16,543 nucleotides of DNA from Candidatus Altiarchaeota archaeon (GTDB lineage Archaea; Altiarchaeota; Altiarchaeia; IMC4; SCGC-AAA252-I15). Below the pieces are notes generated by a model. That model was not told the origin of the DNA, did no database searches, and worked only from the letters and a program-made list of their open reading frames with translations. The DNA lies in contig JAZDIN010000031.1 in NCBI GenBank assembly GCA_043804895.1, forward strand, positions 1-16,543. The letters run 5' to 3'. Shown here in pieces: positions 8,533-14,823 of the stretch. The position numbers and the translations under genes were made by a program. The stretch's first letter is position 1. Each line of letters begins with the position of its first letter.

Positions 8533-8859
8533 TCACTTCTTTAGGTTTTCCAGTCTGCGCATTAGTTCTTGGTGGATAATCTGCTTCTTCTCTGGCGTAA
8601 GTTTGAATAGAACCTTTGAGACTAGGCTTTTTGAGGTAGTGAAGAGGTAGTTTAGTTTTATGACACTATCTTTCACTGCACCCTCAGCAATACTCAAGGG
8701 GATCCCATCCATCAGACGATTGCTTGTCACGCCAGCAACAACAACGTTACCATACTCTTCGAACAGGACGACGACAGGGCGTGTCTTTATTTCGAGGGTG
8801 TCCGTATACTGGACTTTAGCCAGTATTACATCTCCTGGCTCAAGCGTTATCCCAGACAT
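8533..8859 (-). CDS. Type II toxin, PemK/MazF family endoribonuclease
   Basis: PGDVILAKVQYTD…KTRPVVVL (catalytic Arg), VVAGVTS (catalytic Thr), DSVIKLNYLFT. The start is uncertain (ATG 8859 or 8865) and overlaps the 3' end of the antitoxin. Confidence 0.88.
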   Translation of the reverse strand: MSGITLEPGDVILAKVQYTDTLEIKTRPVVVLFEEYGNVVVAGVTSNRLMDGIPLSIAEGAVKDSVIKLNYLFTTSKSLVSKVLFKLTPEKKQIIHQELMRRLENLKK

Positions 8860-9067
8860 CGTCATCCCTGTTGTCCCAGAGCTCCGCCATCTTCTGTTGC
8901 TGTATTTTGTGGAGGAATTCGTCATACTGGTTCCGTTTTTTTAGATTAACGAAAGCCTCAAGCATGTGGGCTATAAGTTCATTGTATGTTTGCCGGGGGT
9001 ACTCTCTGACTGACTTCAATGATTCCAGCAAGTTTCTGTCTAATTGCACAGTCGTCATATCTGACAT
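8840..9067 (-). CDS. Cognate antitoxin with an N-terminal RHH-like region and an acidic W-rich C-terminus, 75 aa
   Basis: TTVQLD…LKSVREYPRQTYNELIAHML (beta-alpha-alpha pattern) and C-terminal LWDNRDDDVWDNA, typical of PemK-associated antitoxins. SD GGTGAT at 9073-9078; directly upstream of and overlapping the toxin. Confidence 0.8.
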   Translation of the reverse strand: MSDMTTVQLDRNLLESLKSVREYPRQTYNELIAHMLEAFVNLKKRNQYDEFLHKIQQQKMAELWDNRDDDVWDNA

Positions 9068-9078
9068 TATATATCACC

Positions 9079-9111
9079 AATAAGTTGTTATAGTGTATTA
9101 TAAGTCTTATT
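9079..9111. promoter_or_regulatory. Imperfect palindrome over the TA promoter, candidate autorepression operator
   Basis: AATAAG(9079-84)…TTATA(9088-92)-N6-TATAA(9099-103)…CTTATT(9106-11), lying between the divergent antitoxin and SRP RNA genes. Confidence 0.4.
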
Positions 9112-9112
9112 G

Positions 9113-9121
9113 ATTAATAAA
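9113..9121 (+). promoter_or_regulatory. Putative TATA box of the SRP RNA gene
   Basis: ATTAATAAA about 23-31 bp upstream of the predicted 5' end at 9144. Confidence 0.5.
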
Positions 9122-9143
9122 CCACAAGCACCCCATATATTCC

Positions 9144-9416
9144 GGTGGACTAGGCCGGGCTGGTAGGCGTAGCCTGTAACCTCAAACCGTCTTTAGGAGG
9201 GGCTGAGAGCCGGGAGGCGGGTCATAATCTTGTGCCCGGGTCCGGGGCGGAACTGTGAGTTCTCGTCTCACTGGACTGTCCACAGCAGGAACCTGGTCAG
9301 GCCCGGAAGGGAGCAGCCATAACTATTGTGGATGGTGCTTGTGAGGTTGCGGGAATGAGAACCACTCCGGGTCAGCCTGTGCACGAGCTTAGGATTCCAC
9401 ACCCGGCCCGTCCGCC
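9144..9416 (+). ncRNA. ffs: Signal recognition particle RNA (7S, Alu-containing), apparently lacking helix 6
   Basis: Helix 8 SRP54-binding motif TGGTCAGGCCCGGAAGGGAGCAGCCA at 9294-9319. Terminal pairings GGTGGAC/GTCCGCC and GGCCGGG/CCCGGCC. Alu UGUAA motif at 9175-9179, with loop-loop complementarity AGGCG(9165-69)/CGTCT(9188-92). Confidence 0.95.
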
Positions 9417-9449
9417 ACTTATAAAGTTGGCGTTGACATAATTAATAGG

Positions 9450-9629
9450 ATGAATTTTAAGGTTGTTCTGGAAAAGGGCGAGGATGACTATATCGTCGCT
9501 AGGGTCCCGTCCATCCCAGGCTGCATTTCACAGGGGAAAAGCGAGAAAGATGCCCTAAAGAACATAAAAGAGGCCATATCACTGCACATTGACTGTTTAG
9601 CAGAGGACGGCATACCCTGTAGTGGATGA
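9450..9629 (+). CDS. hicB: HicB-family antitoxin (short form without a DNA-binding domain), 59 aa, no adjacent hicA
   Basis: Not in the ORF track. Translation MNFKVVLEKGEDDYIVARVPSIPGCISQGKSEKDALKNIKEAISLHIDCLAEDGIPCSG* contains the HicB signature VPxxPGCxSQGxxxxEAxxNIKEAI (D for E here). TTATAAA at 9419-9425 lies 25 bp upstream. Confidence 0.88.
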   Translation: MNFKVVLEKGEDDYIVARVPSIPGCISQGKSEKDALKNIKEAISLHIDCLAEDGIPCSG

Positions 9630-10480
9630 TGGAGAGAAGACTGATTAAAGGGGCAGCGTATGTTATGCTGTCTTTATGCTTGGTGGGGGTGGTTTCAGCG
9701 TACTATACTATGGACGTGACCTCACCTGCTGAGGTCACAGTCTCTGGTGGGGGGGCGACGGTTGAGTTGACGTTGAAGAACAGGGGTGATGAACCCTCAT
9801 ATAGTACGGTGCTTGAGCTGATGCTGCCGGAGGGTTTCACAGCCAACAGGATAAACGTCGGGAAACTCCCTGAGAACACACCATACACCGGCAGGTTCAA
9901 CATCACCGTCGGCAACATAACCCCCGGCTCATACGCTATCCCAGTTTATCTGAGATTCCAAGACAGGAACCGCTATCAGATTAGCATGGTCTACCCGCTG
10001 GTGGCATATGTGAAAAACGAAGAACGCCCGATGGTCGACCTGAGCATAAAACCAGTTGAACTCGACGTTGACGAGGAGATATTGATGGAGGTGCAGGTCA
10101 GAAACAGGGACACCGTAGACCATACTGTGAATCTGAAGGATGCCTTCCCAGACGTGCTCCTCCTCAAAGACCTCCCCGATTCTGTTGACGTGCCAGCCAA
10201 AAGCGTCGCCACTGTGAATCCGACAGTCACGACATTCGGAGCCCTCCCTGACAGCAGCTTCACAGTGCTTCTTTTAGCGTCATACGTAAAGGACGGAATC
10301 CACTACGAGTCGCTCTCCTCGGGCAGGGTGAAGACGAAGAAGAGGCAAATGGGGGAGTCAAGCCAGAAGAACCCACTCCTCGCAGTCGCAGCACTCGTCG
10401 GGGTCTTCCTTCTAGCACAGTACGCGTGGAAGCATAGGAAGGATATTATGAAGGTTGCGTCGAAGAAGAGGAGGAAGTAA
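9626..10480 (+). CDS. Secreted membrane-anchored protein with two Ig-like (CARDB/NEW3/COG1361-like) domains, 284 aa
   Basis: Signal peptide (…VGVVSA/YY), LTLKNRGDEP…LPEGF…PGSYAIPV, second domain VQVRNRD…, TM (PLLAVAALVGVFLLAQYAW) and a basic tail. Start overlaps the hicB stop (ATGATG). Confidence 0.8.
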   Translation: MMERRLIKGAAYVMLSLCLVGVVSAYYTMDVTSPAEVTVSGGGATVELTLKNRGDEPSYSTVLELMLPEGFTANRINVGKLPENTPYTGRFNITVGNITPGSYAIPVYLRFQDRNRYQISMVYPLVAYVKNEERPMVDLSIKPVELDVDEEILMEVQVRNRDTVDHTVNLKDAFPDVLLLKDLPDSVDVPAKSVATVNPTVTTFGALPDSSFTVLLLASYVKDGIHYESLSSGRVKTKKRQMGESSQKNPLLAVAALVGVFLLAQYAWKHRKDIMKVASKKRRK

Positions 10481-10481
10481 C

Positions 10482-11852
10482 CTACTTCAGAACCCATCTG
10501 CTGAAATTCAAAGCCTGGAGGGGAAGCTTCAGTAGAACCGAAGGCGACCTGCCGAAGATATTCGAATACACCGAATACGGCCTAAGGTAGAATCTAAGGT
10601 AAGCGTTCCTCCTCTCCTCCTGCATCTGCCGCGCTGTGAAATTCGGGTACGATATCGTCGCCACACCCTGTTGTATCCTCTCCATGTCGTCTCCAAGAAG
10701 CCACCCGTTCTCTTTCGCCATCCTGTGGAACACTGACCCTGGGAACGGCGTAGCCACGTAAAACTGGGCGAAGTTTATCTTCAGGTCCCTTGCGAACTTC
10801 GCAGTCTTCCTAGCAGTCTTAGGAGTCTCACCCGGTAGTCCGATGATGAAATGGCCTATAGTCCATATCCCATATTTTTTCGCAGCCTTCACCGCGGCCT
10901 TAGACTGTTCGAGTGTTATCCCCTTCCCGTTTCGGTCGAGTATCTCCTGGTTGCCTGACTCGAATCCGAACGACATCATCCTACAACCTGCCTCACTCAT
11001 CTCCTTCGCCAGCTCCTCGTCGAAGTGATTCACCCGCGTGGTGCAAAACCACTTGAACTTTAAGCCGTCTGATTTTATCCTCCTGCACAATTCCAGCATA
11101 TGTCCTTTGTCGAATGTGGCGATCTCATCCCAGAACATGAACAGCCTGATGTTCAGGTCCTCTGTAAGCCATTTGAACTGTCTGATGAGATAGTCGACTG
11201 AGTGAAACCTCGGTGTGGGCGAATTCAGAGGCTCAATACAGTATATGCACTTGTACGGGCAGCCGCGGCCAGTCCTCACGAACATCCACCTCTCCCCGGT
11301 CAGCGGGTAATAGTACAGGGGTAGAAGGTCGTATGCTGGGAACGGGAGGGAGTCCATGTCAGGCTCCATCCACTTACCCCCATCCCAGTCTAACATGGCG
11401 ACGCCAGGCGACCTTGGACTCCCCTCCAATATTTTTATGATAGGAGTCTCAGGCTCAGCGAGTATCGCATAGTCTACGCTTCCCTCCTCAAGAAGATGCC
11501 TGTACCTTGCAGTGACATTCTCCCCGTACGCTATTACCTTAGCGCCAGTCACTTTCCTCACCTCACCAACTATCCTCAAATCAGAATCTATCGTCGGGGT
11601 CGAAGTGTTGAGGACAATGTAATCCGGCCTGTACCCGACCGACCTCTTGAGAGCCTCAGCGTATCCGATATCAGCTCCGATACAGTCCAACACCATCAGG
11701 CTCCCAGAGCCGAACTTTTCCCTCACACAGCCTGCGATTCCAGCGAACGTAGTCGGCGGAAAAGCCGAAACCCATGCCGCGCCCTCAGTCTGGCATCTGC
11801 CGTCCCTGCTTTGGCCACCAGGTGCCGGAGGATTCAGCAACAAGACTTTCAT
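10482..11852 (-). CDS. B12-binding-domain radical SAM protein (BchE/HpnJ-like, class B methyltransferase architecture), 456 aa
   Basis: N-terminal MKVLLLNPP…SRDGRCQ…FPP cobalamin-type domain, GRGCPYKCIYC (11238-11261), FGFESGNQEIL, FIIGLPGET, ATPFPGS. Confidence 0.9.
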   Translation of the reverse strand: MKVLLLNPPAPGGQSRDGRCQTEGAAWVSAFPPTTFAGIAGCVREKFGSGSLMVLDCIGADIGYAEALKRSVGYRPDYIVLNTSTPTIDSDLRIVGEVRKVTGAKVIAYGENVTARYRHLLEEGSVDYAILAEPETPIIKILEGSPRSPGVAMLDWDGGKWMEPDMDSLPFPAYDLLPLYYYPLTGERWMFVRTGRGCPYKCIYCIEPLNSPTPRFHSVDYLIRQFKWLTEDLNIRLFMFWDEIATFDKGHMLELCRRIKSDGLKFKWFCTTRVNHFDEELAKEMSEAGCRMMSFGFESGNQEILDRNGKGITLEQSKAAVKAAKKYGIWTIGHFIIGLPGETPKTARKTAKFARDLKINFAQFYVATPFPGSVFHRMAKENGWLLGDDMERIQQGVATISYPNFTARQMQEERRNAYLRFYLRPYSVYSNIFGRSPSVLLKLPLQALNFSRWVLK

Positions 11853-11910
11853 GGACTTTTATTACTGGGGTTTATTATTTATCAATAACAGTAACGGCAC
11901 TTTCCATACT
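11853..11910. promoter_or_regulatory. Compact divergent promoter region between the radical SAM and GT-C genes
   Basis: 58-bp AT-rich spacer (TTTATTATTTATCAATAA) between two divergent ATGs. Confidence 0.5.
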
Positions 11911-14823
11911 ATGACAAAAAAGAGGGGGGAGGAGATTAAGAAGGAGGGCCTCCAGGACATCTTGGGGGTGGTTTTCACAGCTGCCGCGGTGTTGTTCCTC
12001 CTCTACGTCATGTCGTCTGTGTTCAACGACGGTTTCAACAACGCAGGCGACAATTACATGCACACCGCATTGTCGTACTACGTGAACCGCCTCGTAAGCG
12101 AGGAGGGAACCGTCTTCGGCTGGTTCAACCTGTTCCAGAGCGGCCTTCCGCTCCTGTACATGTACCAGCCGCTGTTCTACATCATAGTCGTCTTCATACA
12201 CAAGGTAACGGCGTTGGACCTACTGTTCTCTGAGAAGACGCTCCTGGTGTTTCTGATAGGCGCATATCCACTCAGCCTGTACTACTTCCTCACCAGACTA
12301 GGCCATCCGAAGCTTGTGGCAGGCCTTGCCGCCCTGTTCGCTGCGACATCCAACATGGGCTGGGGAAACAACATGACCTCCTACTTCTACAGCGGCATAG
12401 TTTCGCAGGCGCTTGCCATGTTCCTATTCCCCATAGCATTGGGGCTGTTCTATGAGACGTTCCAGAAGAACAGGAACATAACGTTGCTGTCGGTGGTGCT
12501 AGTCCTTTCGATGCTCTCCCACCTCCTCATAAACTACATGCTGATTATCAACCTCAGCCTCCTTTTCGTGCTCTTAGTCTTAGGGTACAAACGCAATGCA
12601 ATTCTTTTCTTCGTACGAAAGTACGCCATAGTGCTCATAGTCGTAGTCCTCGTATCCTCCTTCTTCTCAGTCCCGGCCGCATCGCTTTCCAAGTACCAGT
12701 TGCATGACGTCTTGAAGAGGACAGGCTCGGTATACTCCGGCTTCCAGAGGAATTCCCTCACGCTAGTGCAGACAGTAGACTACCTCGTCGACGGCTCCCT
12801 ATTCGACAAGACCAACAGCTTCCTCAGAGGAAACAACTGGTACGACAACTCCAAGCAGAAACGCCAACCGATACTCACCGCCTTCATCATACTCGGCCTC
12901 ACACTGGCTCTCACCAAGGTGGGGGACATCAAACACGGATTCCTCTCAATCGGATTCCTCACAGCGCTCATGTTCCTCTCAGGAGCAGACGACATGCCGC
13001 TCCTCGGCCTACTGCCTTTACAGGGCCAGATGTTTTACGTTAGGGTGAGCGCGGTGTTCGAATTCTTCGGAGTATGCCTTGCAGGCGTGGGACTGTACTA
13101 CGGCTGTGAAGCCATCATAAGGATGCTGGCAACTAGGATAAAATTCGATGGCAGCACGTACCTCACACTCCTGATTCTCCTTTCCTCTACAATGGCATTC
13201 GCACCCCTTTGGCAGGAGAGATACGCTGTGGCGCAGGACACCGTGGACACAGCCTACCACTCCCAATTCAAGGAGATGGAGAAATTGTTTGGCAGCGTAA
13301 AGTACGACCCCTCAGGGAGGCTTCTTGTCGGCAGGGAACTGAACCTCAACAACCATGAGACGCAGCCGCTCTTCGCAGTAAGCTCGAAGCTGCCGATAAT
13401 TATGACCCCCAACTGGGACCCACGCTACCCAGCCCAGCAGCTCCTCTACAGGCTCGTCTCCCAGGACAGTAGGAACGAGAGCCTCATCAAGGGCATCCCA
13501 TACAAGCCTCAGCTCATCGACCTATACAACGTAAAATACATGCTGGCTGACAGAAGCTGGGAGAAGGACCCGAAGAAGGCGCTCGTCAAAAACAATATTA
13601 CCCTCCTAGCAAAGACTCAGAATTACCTCTTCTACGAAGTGGATGAAACCCCCACATACTTCAAATTCACACCATCGAAACCTTCACTCATAATAGCCAG
13701 CGACGACACATGGTACAGCTTCGGCCTCCAGTGGATACTGACATACCAGAAGAGCAATGAATACTCTAAACTGCCGTTCACTGTCAGGGCTGATACACGG
13801 GTCCTCGATGAGGTGGAGTTTGATGCTGACAAGTACCCGGTGACGCTCATAATGGACTATGTGATACGCGACCAAGCTGTCGTCGAGAGGAAGCTCGAAG
13901 AGTACGCGAAATCAGGCGGCATTATAGTATCATGGGAGAATCTCTCTTACTCAACGACAGACCTTGTCGCGAGGCACGGCTCATCCTGGATGGACGTTAC
14001 ACTGCCGGAGAATCCGCACTACCCAGGGGACGCGAGAATATACAACACACTCTCAGGGCTGCAGGAGTATTCGATGAACTACGATGCCCCGACCGACAGG
14101 TTCCTCATCTTTAAGATGAGCTACTTCCCAACGTGGGAGGTGACAGTCGATGGGAAGGAGACAGAATACTATGATGTGACTCCGAACTTCGTTGGAATCT
14201 GGGTTCCCGCGGGAAGGCATACCGTCGAGGTGAGGTACACCAACTCCAGCTGGTATTGGACGTACCTCCTTGTCATCGCAGGAGCCACCATCCTCTACCT
14301 CTCTGCCCAAAAAAACCTATTCGCACTTAAACGCCTGCCAGACTACGCAATCAAAAGGCCGATACTCTACGCAGCCGTAGCAGCGGCCGCGCTGCTTCTC
14401 ATAACATCAACCTACGTCCTGGAAAAATACTACAATATGCCCATCGTGGAAGGCCCCAACTTCGCCGAATCCTACCCAGCCCATAAGATACCGTTCAAAT
14501 GGAACAGGGCCGCAATAACAGACCCAGGCCGCTACCAGGCCATCCTCGACAACAAGACAACCCCGGACTATCCGGCGACAGTCTCCTATGAGATGCAGAT
14601 AAGCGAAAACCCCATCCTATTCGACCAGGCCATAGTATACAGCCTCAACACCACCAGCCGTGAGAAATACCTCGAAACAGACGCAATCAAACCCGGAATG
14701 CTATACGCCTGGCGGGTGAGAACAATAGTCAACGGCCAACCAAACCCATGGAGCACAACAGCATATTTCACAACATACAAGAACACCCCAAACATAGGGA
14801 ACATACTGATTAAATCAGGATAG
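11911..14823 (+). CDS. Polytopic membrane protein, GT-C-like ('PTPS-related' N-terminus, YfhO-like segment, C-terminal FN3-like domain), 970 aa
   Basis: Likely start ATG 11911. First loop AGDNYMH…GWFNLFQSGLPLLYMYQPLFY, many TM helices, LYNVKYML, YfhO-like SYFPTWEVTVDGK…VPAGRHTVEVRY, two more TMs, then YEMQIS…YAWRVRT…NPWS…FTT. Confidence 0.78.
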   Translation: MTKKRGEEIKKEGLQDILGVVFTAAAVLFLLYVMSSVFNDGFNNAGDNYMHTALSYYVNRLVSEEGTVFGWFNLFQSGLPLLYMYQPLFYIIVVFIHKVTALDLLFSEKTLLVFLIGAYPLSLYYFLTRLGHPKLVAGLAALFAATSNMGWGNNMTSYFYSGIVSQALAMFLFPIALGLFYETFQKNRNITLLSVVLVLSMLSHLLINYMLIINLSLLFVLLVLGYKRNAILFFVRKYAIVLIVVVLVSSFFSVPAASLSKYQLHDVLKRTGSVYSGFQRNSLTLVQTVDYLVDGSLFDKTNSFLRGNNWYDNSKQKRQPILTAFIILGLTLALTKVGDIKHGFLSIGFLTALMFLSGADDMPLLGLLPLQGQMFYVRVSAVFEFFGVCLAGVGLYYGCEAIIRMLATRIKFDGSTYLTLLILLSSTMAFAPLWQERYAVAQDTVDTAYHSQFKEMEKLFGSVKYDPSGRLLVGRELNLNNHETQPLFAVSSKLPIIMTPNWDPRYPAQQLLYRLVSQDSRNESLIKGIPYKPQLIDLYNVKYMLADRSWEKDPKKALVKNNITLLAKTQNYLFYEVDETPTYFKFTPSKPSLIIASDDTWYSFGLQWILTYQKSNEYSKLPFTVRADTRVLDEVEFDADKYPVTLIMDYVIRDQAVVERKLEEYAKSGGIIVSWENLSYSTTDLVARHGSSWMDVTLPENPHYPGDARIYNTLSGLQEYSMNYDAPTDRFLIFKMSYFPTWEVTVDGKETEYYDVTPNFVGIWVPAGRHTVEVRYTNSSWYWTYLLVIAGATILYLSAQKNLFALKRLPDYAIKRPILYAAVAAAALLLITSTYVLEKYYNMPIVEGPNFAESYPAHKIPFKWNRAAITDPGRYQAILDNKTTPDYPATVSYEMQISENPILFDQAIVYSLNTTSREKYLETDAIKPGMLYAWRVRTIVNGQPNPWSTTAYFTTYKNTPNIGNILIKSG

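Noticed and set aside
8866..8925. Longer toxin start at 8925
   Set aside because: It would overlap the antitoxin by 86 bp, and the extension has no PemK character.
8840..9067. The RHH-like ORF as a true CdrS ortholog
   Set aside because: It lacks the CdrS-like VTLRIP…FPNRSEAIR pattern, has an antitoxin-type WDNxDDDVWD tail, and overlaps a PemK toxin.
8516..9425. Perfect 10-bp inverted repeat TTTATAAGTG (8516-8525)/CACTTATAAA (9416-9425) bracketing the TA pair and SRP RNA, as possible element ends
   Set aside because: Both copies are explained as outward-facing TATA boxes (ftsZ and hicB). No transposase, recombinase or target-site duplication is visible.
11647..11910. 88-aa N-terminal extension of the large membrane ORF
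   Set aside because: It overlaps the radical SAM gene on the opposite strand and the AT-rich promoter spacer; ATG 11911 is the more plausible start.
11911..13200. Pterin biosynthesis function implied by the 'PTPS-related' family name
   Set aside because: The protein is polytopic and shows no PTPS/QueD T-fold motifs; the name does not reflect a supported activity.
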